NCBI GenBank assembly: GCA_022729755.1
Contig: DZAZ01000004.1
Location: 1-58,029 of the forward strand
Length of the DNA: 58,029 nucleotides
From: Helicobacter cetorum
GTDB lineage: Bacteria; Campylobacterota; Campylobacteria; Campylobacterales; BB28
Direction: 5' to 3'
Shown: piece by piece, positions 1 to 11,100 of the stretch
Layout: the number at the start of each line of letters is the position of its first letter
Position numbering within the stretch: the stretch's first letter is position 1
Position numbers and translations under genes: made by a program
The notes under the pieces: model-generated
Told to the model about the DNA's origin: nothing
The model's input: the letters and a program-made list of their open reading frames with translations, nothing else
Databases searched by the model: none

Positions 1-558
1 ATCTGAAGTAATTACAAGTTTTGCTTGTGCATCAATTATTCTATCTCTAAGCGATTCGGCTGAAAATCCACCAAATACAACAGAGTGAATAGCCCCAATT
101 CTAGCACAAGCAAGCATCATAAATGCCGTTTCTGGAATCATTGGCATATAAATTACAACTCTATCACCTTTTTTAATATTAAATTTATTTTTAAGTAAAT
201 TTGCAGTTTTGTTTACTTCATAATAAAGTTCTCTATATGTAATAACTTTTTTATCTCCAAGTTCACCCTCAAAAATAATTGCAGCTTTATTTTTTCTACT
301 ATTGAGATGCCTATCGATACATTGAGCAGAAACATTTAATTTGCCACCTAAAAACCATTTGTAAAATGGAGCATTACTTTCATCTAATACTTTTGAATAC
401 TTTTCAATCCACTCTATTTTTTCATCAGCAAATTTTGCCCAAAAACCCTGTAAATCCTCTTTTGCAAACTCCATTAATTCATTATATTCACAAATATTTT
501 TTACTCTTGCATTTTTTGCAAGCTCTTTATTTGGCTTAAAAATGGTTTTAATTTCCAT
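1..558 (-). CDS. acs: Acetyl-CoA synthetase, 5' part (runs off window start)
   Basis: Manual translation from ATG at 558 (RBS AAGGAG): [21 protein letters not shown]...[20 protein letters not shown]...[13 protein letters not shown]...[26 protein letters not shown], typical Acs motifs. Not in the ORF track. Confidence 0.95.
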   Translation of the reverse strand, partial: MEIKTIFKPNKELAKNARVKNICEYNELMEFAKEDLQGFWAKFADEKIEWIEKYSKVLDESNAPFYKWFLGGKLNVSAQCIDRHLNSRKNKAAIIFEGELGDKKVITYRELYYEVNKTANLLKNKFNIKKGDRVVIYMPMIPETAFMMLACARIGAIHSVVFGGFSAESLRDRIIDAQAKLVITSD

Positions 559-789
559 TATTTTCTCCTTTTTCAATTTTAAAAATATTTTAACCTATCA
601 AAGTTCTATTTTTTATAAAATTAAAAAAAATTTCAATCATAAACACTTCATTAACATAAAATTAACAATTTTTTGTAAAAATTTTAATACCACCTCCTAA
701 ATTGATTTTTAGAATTTTTCTAAATTTCTTGATAGTAATTTAAAAATATGTTAGAATAGAGAAGATTTTTATTAAAAAAAGGGTTGATT

Positions 790-1197
790 ATGAAGTATTT
801 AATGCTATTTTTATTAAGTTTAAATTTTCTATATTCGGCAGAAATTACAAAAGTTAAGACATATAAAGAAGCAATTGAACTTGCAAACGAAAAAAATAAA
901 AAAGCTATGGTTATGCTGACAACGGCAGTTTGTCCGTGGTGTCATAAAATGAAAACCGCTACATTAAAAGATGATGCTGTTGTTAAATATGTGAGTGAGC
1001 ATTTTATTTTTGTAGAAGTTGATAGAGATGAAGATAAGGGCGAGTATCCAGAAGATTTATACTCAAGAATGGTACCGAGTTTTTCAATTGTTAATCCTAG
1101 CGATGAAGAGTTACTTTATCAAGTTATAGGTTATAAAACACCAGCTAAATTTTTAAAAGAGATAAATTTAAATTCTACAGAAGATGATAATTTATAA
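790..1197 (+). CDS. Exported thioredoxin-fold protein (SoxW/thioredoxin-like)
   Basis: Signal peptide and CPWC redox motif; ATG at 790 preferred to TTG at 784. Confidence 0.8.
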   Translation: MKYLMLFLLSLNFLYSAEITKVKTYKEAIELANEKNKKAMVMLTTAVCPWCHKMKTATLKDDAVVKYVSEHFIFVEVDRDEDKGEYPEDLYSRMVPSFSIVNPSDEELLYQVIGYKTPAKFLKEINLNSTEDDNL

Positions 1198-1310
1198 TTT
1201 TTATCTTAATTATTAATACAACTTTGAAAGCCTACATTTTAAGCTTTTTATCATAAATATGAAATTATAATTTTACCGACTAGTATTCTAAAGTCACTAG
1301 GAGGTAAAAT

Positions 1311-2780
1311 ATGCAAGCAGGTGGTGCTGCTATGGAATACGATTATAGGGTAGCTAAATGTTTTTCATTTGCTGCTATTCTATTTGGTATTATCGGAATG
1401 GGTATAGGTGTGTTTATTGCCTTTCAAATGGCATTTCCAGAACTTAACTATTTGTTTGGAGAATATGGTTCATTTTCTAGACTTAGACCTCTTCATACAA
1501 GTGGTGTAATTTTTGGGTTTACACTAAGTGGTATCTTTGCTACATGGTATTATATAGGGCAAAGAGTATTAAAGGTGTCTTTGAATGAACATCCATTTTT
1601 AGCTAATGTTGCTAGAGTTCACTTTTGGCTTTATATGCTTTTAATGGTAATAGCAGTTGTTACTTTATTTGCTGGTGTTACTACTTCAAAAGAGTATGCA
1701 GAGCTTGAGTGGCCAATAGATATTTTAGTTGTTGTTGTATGGGTTTCTTGGGGAATAAGTATATTTGGAACAATTTCTGTTAGAAGAGAAAAAACAATGT
1801 ATATCTCTATTTGGTATTTCATTGCAAGTTTCTTAGCTGTTTCAATGTTATTTATTACAAATAATCTTGAAATTCCAACAAGATTAGTTTCGGGTTATGG
1901 TGATTGGTATCATTCTGTTTCACTCTATGCAGGTACAAATGATGCATTAGTACAGTGGTGGTGGGGACACAATGCTGTTGCATTCGTTCTAACAGTTCCG
2001 ATTATTGCTATGATTTATTACTTTTTACCAAAAGAATCAGGTCAAGCAGTTTATTCATATAAACTTTCAATTTTGGCATTTTGGGGATTAATGTTTGTGT
2101 ATATTTGGGCTGGTGGTCACCACTTAATATATTCAACAGTACCTGATTGGATGCAAACAATGGGTTCAGTGTTTTCAGTAATATTAATTCTACCTTCTTG
2201 GGGTTCAGCAATTAATATGCTTTTAACTATGAAGGGACAATGGCATCAATTAAAAGAATCTCCATTAATTAAATTTATGGTTTTAGCTTCTACATTTTAT
2301 ATGCTTTCAACTCTTGAAGGTCCAATTCAAGCAATTAAATCAGTTAATGCATTAGCTCACTTTACAGATTGGATTCCAGGACATGTTCATGATGGAACAC
2401 TTGGATGGGTTGGATTTATGATTATGGCAGCAATTTTCCATATGGCTCCAAGATTTTATAAAAAAGAGTTATATTCTAAATCTTTAATGGAAAAACAATT
2501 CTGGCTACAAACAATAGGTATTGTACTGTATTTTAGTTCTATGTGGATAGCAGGTATTACTCAAGGTATGATGTGGAGAGCATCTGATGAATTTGGTAGT
2601 TTAGCTTATTCATTTATTGATACTGTTACAGTACTTCACCCATATTATACAATGAGAGCAGTTGGTGGTTTATTATACTTAGTAGGTTTCTTTATGTTTG
2701 CATATAATATATATATGACAATCACTAAATCAAAATCAATTGATAAAGAACCTGCTAATGCATCGCCAATGGCAGCTTAA
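1311..2780 (+). CDS. ccoN: cbb3-type cytochrome c oxidase subunit I
   Basis: RLRPLHT, WWWGHNAV, WAGGHHL and GHVH motifs; strong RBS GGAGGT. Confidence 0.98.
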   Translation: MQAGGAAMEYDYRVAKCFSFAAILFGIIGMGIGVFIAFQMAFPELNYLFGEYGSFSRLRPLHTSGVIFGFTLSGIFATWYYIGQRVLKVSLNEHPFLANVARVHFWLYMLLMVIAVVTLFAGVTTSKEYAELEWPIDILVVVVWVSWGISIFGTISVRREKTMYISIWYFIASFLAVSMLFITNNLEIPTRLVSGYGDWYHSVSLYAGTNDALVQWWWGHNAVAFVLTVPIIAMIYYFLPKESGQAVYSYKLSILAFWGLMFVYIWAGGHHLIYSTVPDWMQTMGSVFSVILILPSWGSAINMLLTMKGQWHQLKESPLIKFMVLASTFYMLSTLEGPIQAIKSVNALAHFTDWIPGHVHDGTLGWVGFMIMAAIFHMAPRFYKKELYSKSLMEKQFWLQTIGIVLYFSSMWIAGITQGMMWRASDEFGSLAYSFIDTVTVLHPYYTMRAVGGLLYLVGFFMFAYNIYMTITKSKSIDKEPANASPMAA

Positions 2781-2791
2781 AAGGAGTTAGA

Positions 2792-3475
2792 ATGTTTCAT
2801 TGGTTAGAAAGAAATCCATTTTTCTTTGCAGTAGGGGTTTTTATTGTTATAGCATTTGCAGGTTTAATAGAAATTTTACCTGATTTTGCTCAACAATCAA
2901 GACCAGTTGTAGGCACAAAACCATATTCAGTATTAGAACTTGCTGGAAGACATGTGTATATAAAAGATAGTTGTAATGCTTGTCACTCTCAATTAATTCG
3001 TCCATTTAAATCTGAAACAGATAGATATGGAATGTATTCTTTAAGTGGTGAATATGCTTATGATAGACCATTTTTATGGGGTTCAAAAAGAACAGGTCCA
3101 GATTTAATGAGAGTTGGTAACTACAGAACCACAGATTGGCACGAAAATCATATGTGGCAACCAACTTCAGTGGTTCCTGGTTCAATTATGCCAGCTTATA
3201 AACATGTGTTTAATCACGATGTAGATTTAGAAACAGTTTATGCCGAAGCTTATACTGTAAAAACAATTTTCAATACTCCATATGATAAAGATTTAGATGG
3301 AGATGGTCAAATTGATGTAAAACTAGGAACTTTTGAAGAAGCTAAAGCATTAGCTATGGAAGAAGCAAAAGTAATAGTTGCTGATATGAAAAACCAAGAT
3401 GTAAAAGATGCATTAGAAAAAGGCGAAATTAAAGAAATCGTTGCATTAATTGCATATTTAAACTCTCTAAAATAG
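2792..3475 (+). CDS. ccoO: cbb3 oxidase subunit II (monoheme cytochrome c)
   Basis: CNACHSQLIRP and LWGSKRTGPDL motifs; follows ccoN. Confidence 0.97.
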   Translation: MFHWLERNPFFFAVGVFIVIAFAGLIEILPDFAQQSRPVVGTKPYSVLELAGRHVYIKDSCNACHSQLIRPFKSETDRYGMYSLSGEYAYDRPFLWGSKRTGPDLMRVGNYRTTDWHENHMWQPTSVVPGSIMPAYKHVFNHDVDLETVYAEAYTVKTIFNTPYDKDLDGDGQIDVKLGTFEEAKALAMEEAKVIVADMKNQDVKDALEKGEIKEIVALIAYLNSLK

Positions 3476-3494
3476 AATATTTAAGGAGAAAGTA

Positions 3495-3737
3495 GTGGAC
3501 ATAAGGGAAATACAAGCTTATGCTTACTTTTTCTTTACCGCTTTTTTAGTCGTAATTTTATATGGATATATTTTTCATCTATATAGAAGCGAAAAAAATG
3601 GAACTAGAGATTATGAAAAGTATGGAAAACTTGCGCTTGATGATGAAGTTCAATCCCAAGTATTAGAGGGATATGATAAAAAAGCTGAAAAGAAAGTAGA
3701 TAAAAAGGAGAATGTTGATGAGCTGGTTAGAAGATAG
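3495..3737 (+). CDS. ccoQ: cbb3 oxidase subunit IV
   Basis: Small single-TM protein with DYEKYGKLALDD, between ccoO and ccoP; GTG start with RBS AAGGAG. Confidence 0.92.
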   Translation: MDIREIQAYAYFFFTAFLVVILYGYIFHLYRSEKNGTRDYEKYGKLALDDEVQSQVLEGYDKKAEKKVDKKENVDELVRR

Positions 3738-4566
3738 CGTCAATGCTCTGTCTCTTTTAGGTGCAGTAGTTATATTATTACTTACAGTTTTAATAGCTGG
3801 TAAGTATATTAAGCAGATGAAAGATGACACGGCAACTGGTGAACTTGCTGATGAGAAATGGGATGGAATTGGTGAATATAAAAATGAAGTACCAATAGGC
3901 TGGTCTGTAACTATATTAATTTTAATGGTATGGGGAGTATGGTACTTTTTTGCTGGTTATCCATTATGGTCTTATTCACAACTTGGTGAATGGAATGAAG
4001 ATACAAAAGCTCATAATGATAAATTTGAGAGTAAATGGGCAAATGCTGATAAAGAAACACTTAGTGCAATGGGTGAGTCTATATTTTTAGTTCAATGTGC
4101 ACCTTGTCACGGAACTACAGCTGAAGGAATGAGTGGAAAAGCTCAAAATTTAGTTGAGTGGGGACATGAAGAAGGTCTTGTAAATACAATTGTAAATGGC
4201 TCAAAAGGTCTTAATTATCCAATGGGTGAAATGCCTGGTGGAATGTTAGATACTGAAAGTGCAAAAGCAGTTGCATCTTATGTAATGGCTGAAATTTCAG
4301 AAAAGAAATCTACAAAACACCCTGAACTTGTAGAGACAGGTAAGGCTATGTTTGCTACTTGTGCTGGTTGCCACGGTGAAGATGGCAAAGGTATGGACGG
4401 TATGGCACCTAATTTAACTAAGTATGGAACAAGCGAATTTATTACAGAAGTTTTAGCTAAAGGTAAAAAAGGTCATATTGGTAAAATGCCATCATTTAAA
4501 GAGCCTATTTTAACAGCTATTCAACAAAAAGCTGTTGCAACTTATGTATTATCACTTAATAAGTAG
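3718..4566 (+). CDS. ccoP: cbb3 oxidase subunit III (diheme cytochrome c)
   Basis: WDGIGEYKN motif; CAPCH and CAGCH heme-binding motifs. Confidence 0.97.
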   Translation: MSWLEDSVNALSLLGAVVILLLTVLIAGKYIKQMKDDTATGELADEKWDGIGEYKNEVPIGWSVTILILMVWGVWYFFAGYPLWSYSQLGEWNEDTKAHNDKFESKWANADKETLSAMGESIFLVQCAPCHGTTAEGMSGKAQNLVEWGHEEGLVNTIVNGSKGLNYPMGEMPGGMLDTESAKAVASYVMAEISEKKSTKHPELVETGKAMFATCAGCHGEDGKGMDGMAPNLTKYGTSEFITEVLAKGKKGHIGKMPSFKEPILTAIQQKAVATYVLSLNK

Positions 4567-4575
4567 GAGGAATAG

Positions 4576-4782
4576 ATGGCACAATACTTTAGACTACACG
4601 GTTTAGCTGGGATGTTAGTAGCAGTTGTTTTACTTTTATCAATAATTGCATTTTTAGGCACAAAAGCTGTAGCTGTTCAACAAAGTGAAGCTACAAATTT
4701 TTATAAAATAGAAAAACCATTTGAACTTAAAAAATTTGATAGAGCCAACGAAGCACAGTTAGTCATCGTTGGTAGTAAATAA
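4576..4782 (+). CDS. Small membrane protein of the cco operon (DUF4006-like)
   Basis: LHGLAGMLVAVVLLLSI TM segment; position after ccoP matches Campylobacterota cco operons. Confidence 0.8.
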   Translation: MAQYFRLHGLAGMLVAVVLLLSIIAFLGTKAVAVQQSEATNFYKIEKPFELKKFDRANEAQLVIVGSK

Positions 4783-4794
4783 GGAGAAATAGCT

Positions 4795-4896
4795 ATGGCT
4801 AATAAATTAGATGTAATTATTGGTTGGGGTTTAGTTGTGATGGCTTTCATTACTTTATGGGCAGTTACAACAGAAAATCACTTATATGTTGGTTAA
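4795..4896 (+). CDS. 33-aa single-TM microprotein of the cco operon
   Basis: Manual: RBS AAGGAG then MANKLDVIIGWGLVVMAFITLWAVTTENHLYVG*; below the ORF-track size cutoff. Confidence 0.8.
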   Translation: MANKLDVIIGWGLVVMAFITLWAVTTENHLYVG

Positions 4897-5464
4897 TTTT
4901 ATAAGAGGGGTGTTCATCATCTCTCTTAGTTTTTCTTCAATTTATGCCTCTTTTATACTTGAAAATGATAACGATTTACTACCCCAAAAATCTATCGATA
5001 AAATGAATGAGATGGCAAGTGAACTAAAAGATAAAACAGGTATTTCAGCATTTGTTTTAGTAAAAAAAACTTTAAATGAAAAAAGTATTAAAGATTATGA
5101 AAAAGAGTACTCAAAAAATTTTACAACACCTTATGTATTATTTACATTTGCAGAAAGTGAACAAAAAATAGATATTATAAATTCACCTGAATTAAGTGAT
5201 AAATTTGATAAAAATGAAGTGTTAGATGATTATGTAATTCCGATTTTAATCGCAAAAGATAAAACTAATTTAAAATATGTAGCTGCTGTATTTAATGGTT
5301 ATGCTGAATTGATTGACCAAATAGCAAAATCTTATAATATAACATTAAATTCAAGTATAGGAAGTACTGGAAAAACAACATACAATATCGTAAATTATCT
5401 ATTTTGGGCAATGATGTTTAGTTTTGTACTAATATTTTTTTATGTTTTAAAAAGGAAAAAATAA
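4886..5464 (+). CDS. TPM-domain-like membrane protein (cco accessory)
   Basis: Signal peptide, ELKDKTGIS and FNGYAELIDQIA segments, C-terminal TM; operon position. Confidence 0.75.
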   Translation: MLVNFIRGVFIISLSFSSIYASFILENDNDLLPQKSIDKMNEMASELKDKTGISAFVLVKKTLNEKSIKDYEKEYSKNFTTPYVLFTFAESEQKIDIINSPELSDKFDKNEVLDDYVIPILIAKDKTNLKYVAAVFNGYAELIDQIAKSYNITLNSSIGSTGKTTYNIVNYLFWAMMFSFVLIFFYVLKRKK

Positions 5465-5994
5465 TGGATTTCATAAAAAGAGTTATAAAAGAAAAAAATT
5501 ATTGGCCTCATACCATCGTTGGAATGATTATTGGTATTGTTATAGCCATATTTTTTACTATTAAGATAGCTATTAATAATCCTGTCCAAGAAGAAAATAT
5601 TTTTATGGATACATATCAAAATGTAAATGAAAATATAAATAATATTTTATTATCACAAAGTGAATTTATGAAAAAGTATGAAGTGGAAATTATTAATGAG
5701 TATTTAAAATTTGGTGAAAATAGTATCAATATAAAAGTATTAGATAAAACTACAAAATCTTTAATTGAAAATGCTGATATAAAACTTCTTGTAACAAGAC
5801 CAGAAACTAGAGAATATGACCAAAAATTAGAAAATTTAAAGTATGAAAATGGAGTTTATATTGCAACTCCTATTAATATAGTTAAAGAGGGTAGATGGTT
5901 TATTATGCCTCAAATCAAAGTTGAGCAATTAACATTTTTTCAAAAATTAGAATATAATGGAACTAAAATTAAGAACTTCACAAGAATAAATTAA
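5464..5994 (+). CDS. ccoH: FixH/CcoH family cbb3 assembly protein
   Basis: YWP followed by TM, LLVTRP and GRW (YtkA/FixH-like Ig fold); last gene of the cco cluster. Confidence 0.7.
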   Translation: MDFIKRVIKEKNYWPHTIVGMIIGIVIAIFFTIKIAINNPVQEENIFMDTYQNVNENINNILLSQSEFMKKYEVEIINEYLKFGENSINIKVLDKTTKSLIENADIKLLVTRPETREYDQKLENLKYENGVYIATPINIVKEGRWFIMPQIKVEQLTFFQKLEYNGTKIKNFTRIN

Positions 5995-6045
5995 TTTTAA
6001 TTTCTATCCTCATAATTTACAGTTTTTAATCAAAAGGAATTTTTA

Positions 6046-7125
6046 ATGGCATTGAAAGTAAAAATAGAAAAAGCAATGATTGAAGAAATCTCTAAAAGCG
6101 AATTTAAAGTTTTAATTTTAGAAGAGAGTGCTTTTGTTAGAAAAGCTATGAAAACAAATCTTATAAAATTAGGTTTTAAAGAGAAAAATGTTCACGAAAC
6201 AGATAATGGAGAAGATGGATTTGCTTTTTTGATGGAAATCGATGGACTTGATTTTATAATTGTAGATTTAGCAATTCCTAAAATTAGTGGGGTTGATTTT
6301 ATTCAATCGGTTAAAAAAAATTCGGCTTATAAACATGTGCAAATTATTGCAATGGATAAAGAAGATAAAGTCGATGAAAATGCTAGAATTTTAAATAGAT
6401 TTGGAGTTTTTGATATTTTAGCAAAACCATTTACTCAAGATGAGTTTTTAAATATTTTTGTACCAAAGCTTCAAAAAATACTCAAAGTAGAAATAAAAGA
6501 AGAGTTAAAAGAACAAACAAAAGAAGAGTTAAAAGAAGAGAAAGATGATAAATCTGAAATAATTATTCAAAATTTACGAACTAAAGTTGAAAGTTTGGAA
6601 AGTGAAATTATTAAACTACAAAAAGAATTTAAAGTTGATGTGAATACTACGCTACTTTCAAATTACGGTTTAAACGAATCTCTAACTGATTATGAAAGAC
6701 TTTTTGAAAAGTTTAAAGAGAGACAAGATTATATGTTAGTTACCCTAAGAATGGATAAACTTGAAGTGCTTTATTTAAATTTTGGTGAAGCTATGATTGA
6801 TAATCTTGCAAAAACTTATGCTCTGATTTTCAAAAAATATATAAGTGGCGATAATATTTCTGCTTATGTTGGATATGGTAAATTTATGTTAGTTTTATCC
6901 ACTCACGAAGAGAAAGAGATAGAACAAAATTTTGAATTCATAAAAAAATTAAGTGGAACTTTAAAAGCTCAAAAAATAACTCTTAAGGAAAAAACAATTG
7001 CTCTAACTTTTAGTTGTGGTGTGGCACTTAGAAGTAAGTCAGGTAGTTTAAAAAATACTTTAGCAAAAGCTGATGAAAAGCTTCGTATAGCTATTAAAAA
7101 AGGTGGAAATGCAATAGAGTATTAA
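6046..7125 (+). CDS. Response regulator with degenerate GGDEF domain
   Basis: N-terminal REC domain (IIVDLAIP...KPF); C-terminal GGDEF fold (TFSCGVA, ADEKL...KKGGN) with active site GYGKF. Confidence 0.8.
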   Translation: MALKVKIEKAMIEEISKSEFKVLILEESAFVRKAMKTNLIKLGFKEKNVHETDNGEDGFAFLMEIDGLDFIIVDLAIPKISGVDFIQSVKKNSAYKHVQIIAMDKEDKVDENARILNRFGVFDILAKPFTQDEFLNIFVPKLQKILKVEIKEELKEQTKEELKEEKDDKSEIIIQNLRTKVESLESEIIKLQKEFKVDVNTTLLSNYGLNESLTDYERLFEKFKERQDYMLVTLRMDKLEVLYLNFGEAMIDNLAKTYALIFKKYISGDNISAYVGYGKFMLVLSTHEEKEIEQNFEFIKKLSGTLKAQKITLKEKTIALTFSCGVALRSKSGSLKNTLAKADEKLRIAIKKGGNAIEY

Positions 7126-8132
7126 TTCAATAATAAATTTACTATCTCTTTTGCACCATTTGATGAAATTTCACTCTTTAATTTTTGGCTTATTTGACTT
7201 AAATCTTTATCTAATAATTCAAATATAAACTCTTCTTTTAACTCATCTTCAGTTTTTAAAAAACACAATCCTTTATCAGCTAAAAATTTAGCATTGTGAT
7301 ATTGATGATTTTTTGCCGCATAAGGATATGGTACAAATAAAGTTGGAACTTGATTTGCTACTAGTTCCCATAAAGTCGATGCTCCTGCTCTTGAAATTGC
7401 AAAGTCGGCTTCAGCTATTTTTTCTATTAAATTTTTATGAAAATTAAAAACATCAGCAACAATTTCCATTTTTTCATACTCTTTTTGTACTCTTAAAAAA
7501 TCATTGTCTCCCGTTTGATGAATGATTTTTATTCCCATTTTTGCTAAATCAGAAGCGATATAAAGTGCAAAAGAGTTGATGCTTCTAGCACCTTGACTTC
7601 CACCTAAAAAAATAATTGTTTTAATCTTTTTTCGTTCTCTTGCATTTTGAAAAAAATGCTCATCAATTGGATAATCTTTCACCTTTGAATTAAAATAAGA
7701 TGAAATAAACTCTTTTGCAAATGGTTTTAAAAACTTATTTGATTTTCCTATAATTGCATTTTGTTCGTGAATAAAAAGTTCTTTTCGTGAAAAAATACAA
7801 GCAAAACTAGCAGGTGCAGAAGAGTAACCACCAACACTAAAAACTTTTAAAATTTTCTCTTTTTTAAAAATTTTTTTCACATCTTTTGAAGCTTTATAAA
7901 TTTTAATTAAAGATTTTATCTTGCCTAAAAATCCCTGATTTACAACCCCTTTTGTATCAAAAAAATATTTTTGACTAAAACCTTCATCATTTTCAAACCA
8001 AGCCCTATCTTGTCCATAAGTTGAACCTATAAAAATAGGTTTTATTCCTCTTTTATTTAGTTCAGTTTTGATTGATTTTGCAATTTTCAAATGCCCACCA
8101 GTTCCACCGCCAGTAATTACTATATTACTCAT
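7122..8132 (-). CDS. murG: Lipid II GlcNAc transferase MurG
   Basis: TGGGTGGH, GGYSS, HEQN, GGSQGA, SRAGAST and HQYHNA motifs. Confidence 0.97.
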   Translation of the reverse strand: MSNIVITGGGTGGHLKIAKSIKTELNKRGIKPIFIGSTYGQDRAWFENDEGFSQKYFFDTKGVVNQGFLGKIKSLIKIYKASKDVKKIFKKEKILKVFSVGGYSSAPASFACIFSRKELFIHEQNAIIGKSNKFLKPFAKEFISSYFNSKVKDYPIDEHFFQNARERKKIKTIIFLGGSQGARSINSFALYIASDLAKMGIKIIHQTGDNDFLRVQKEYEKMEIVADVFNFHKNLIEKIAEADFAISRAGASTLWELVANQVPTLFVPYPYAAKNHQYHNAKFLADKGLCFLKTEDELKEEFIFELLDKDLSQISQKLKSEISSNGAKEIVNLLLN

Positions 8133-8145
8133 AAAATTCCCTTTT

Positions 8146-11100
8146 TTACCAATCTATTCTTCTTTTTGTAATTGCTGATGGGTCTACATTTTCATTTACT
8201 CCAGTTCCTGTTGGTGAAGAAGCATCTTCTCTAAAAGTCACGCTAAATTGCGGTTCGTTTGGAATGCCATAACTATTAAACCACAAATATTGTGGAGTTG
8301 TCGAAATTTCAAAATTAGCTTTCTCGATTGATGAACTTCCATCTTTTGTAATTGTTATATTAAATATACCATTGCTAATATTTGGGCTTGTATTGCTAAT
8401 GCCTGATGATGTATTTATGTTCGATATATTGCTAATTTCTGTAAAAGTATCTTGTGTATTTAAATACCAATAAACATAAATATCGTTTTCATTACCTCTT
8501 AAATTTGGAACAAAATCATTACAACCTCTACAATAAACTTCAGCTTTTATATCTACTGGTTGACTACTACCTGTCGTTTCATAATCACCTGCCCAAACTC
8601 TGCCGTAGTAAAAAGTTGCATTATTTTCAATTAAAGTTAATGGAGTTGTAGATATAAGACTATTATATGTTGTTTCAGCATTAACCATATCACTATTCAA
8701 AGTAACATTTATTGGTTGCTCTATTTTTAAATTAACAGGATTTAATGGTATTGTTGAGTCTCTTTTAACATTAAATATTATTGTTTTATTTGATTCTCCA
8801 CTATTAAAAATAAAATCATTTACAAAAATATTTGTAAAACTATTTGCATCGCCACTTAAATCATTATTTGCTATTGAATTTAATATAGTGTTATAAATAA
8901 AGTTTGTAGATAAACCTTCTGCTGTAAAAGTTAATGGAATATTTACACTTCTATAAAAAATATCAGTATCAAAATTTTTAACTGTAACTCCTTGCATATT
9001 TTTAGCAGTTACATTAAAGTCAAATTGAATATTTATATTTTCACTTAATTCAGCCATATAAGTCCAATTTTGCTCACTAAATGGATAAATAAAATCACTT
9101 GATATATTAAAATCATAAGGATAAACACTAATATCATCATTCGCACTTGTAATTAAATCAAGCCCACCACAACTATCACTTGTTATATCAATACAAGCAA
9201 AAGGACAACCATCTAAAGTATAGCAATTTTCAACATTACAAGCAGTGCAATTTGTAGGATTATTTTCATAAGCTCCATCTCCATCGGTGATATTTATATC
9301 AAAAGCTCCAACTTCACTTAAATTTGCTTCAACTAATTTTACACCATTTTCAAATTGCAAATTTCCTTTGTTAGCATAATTAAAAATCCCTTTATTTGTT
9401 GTGTTTTCTACATTGTAGTCTATTTTAAATGAAGACGGAAATGTTTCGTTCTCATCATAATTATTTGTTGAAGTTATGTCTGTTAATGCTTTTAAATCCA
9501 TAGTGAAATTTTCACCAGCTCTGATTGTGTCTGGAATTTCTAAACTAAACTTCTCTGGTCTTACTGCAAATGGGTCTGAAAAATCTGTTCCTGTAACATC
9601 GTTTCCATCAATATCTTTTATCGCTGTTGCGCCGTCGAATATTTGCCAATCTATCTTATATTTTAAAAATCTATAAGCTTTATTGATAGATAAATTTTTA
9701 CTAGTTAAGTCTAAATTTCTTACATCTTCATCTAAGCTTATATTTTCCAAATTTAAATCATTTGGAGTTTTGATAACATTTCCATTAAAATCTATAAGCG
9801 ATATATTTAGCTTATAAGTTAAATTTGAGTCAAAAATATGCTCATCTATTGGAGCGATAAAATGTTTCAAAGTTGCAGGTGCTACTTTTGTCGTTAAATT
9901 TGTATCACTTTTTTGAGTATTGTATTTATTTGCATCCTCCCAAACACTAAAGAGTGGATTTTTATTGTAAAACTTTAATTTATCATTTACCAACTCTATA
10001 ATCTCAAAATTTTCAAATTGAAAATCACCATAAATCGTAGAAATTGTAAAATCAACTTTTACATTAGATATAACGGGCTCTTCAGTTGTAAAAGATGATT
10101 TAGTTGTTAATTTGTATGTAAAGTCTTGGTTAGGATTTATGTTTGATAAAAATTTGCTTTTAGCTATATCAATATCAAATGATGAAGCCACATCAAAAGT
10201 GATATTTATATCTTTACTCACATCAGATAATATATCTATCTCGATATTTACCTCATCGTTTATGGAAACATATTTTTTATCTTCATTCTCTTTTGAATTA
10301 CCAATTATATTTGCATAATATGCAAGTGGAACAACAACCCTCGTCTGAAGTGCAACCAAACTTAAATAGTAGTCATTATCAACTTCTTTGTAAGTCATAC
10401 TATTATTAGTTATAGTAGTTTTACTTCCTAAATAATCACTAGAACTAGGAATACGATTTAACAAACTATTTTTAAAAGTTGTATTTGTCTTATTCCCATC
10501 TGTTGCAAACTCATAAAGTGTTGAATTTCCATCATAAGTTGTAAGTCCTCCATAATTAAAGTTAATATTTGTGTCCTTACTTGAATTTACCTCTTTAAAT
10601 CCCTCATTTATCTCAATCGCATTCATATAATTTAAACTATCTTTTTTATAAACAACAAAAAGCGACCAATAACTCTTATCAGCTTCCATAACACTTGGAA
10701 TATTTGAAATACTCAAACTTCCATTTGCTAAAGTCGTGACATTTACATTTATTTGATAATTTAAATCATATCCACCGTTAGCATTTTCAACTTGAGAATA
10801 ACTTAAATTACAATCACCATTTCCACTAAAATTACAATTAAAATTAGTTGAATTGATAGTTAGTTTTTCAATACTTCTTATAGCTTTTGTATCTGCATCT
10901 CTTATAAAACCATTATAAATAAAAGTAGCATATGCAATTCCATTTCCAGTTTGAAAACTTCCACTTGAAACTTGGTCAAAACTTCCACTTATAAAATCAC
11001 TCTCACCCTCTATTATGATAGTTGTGTTTTTCTCAAAGTTTTTATCATCTCTTTGTGAAAATGGATTTTTTACTGTGAGTATTTGTGTGTTATTATCGCT

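Noticed and set aside
651-666. TTAAC-N6-TTAAC direct repeat upstream of acs (possible OmpR-type site)
   Set aside because: Too short to be significant in such AT-rich DNA without comparative data.
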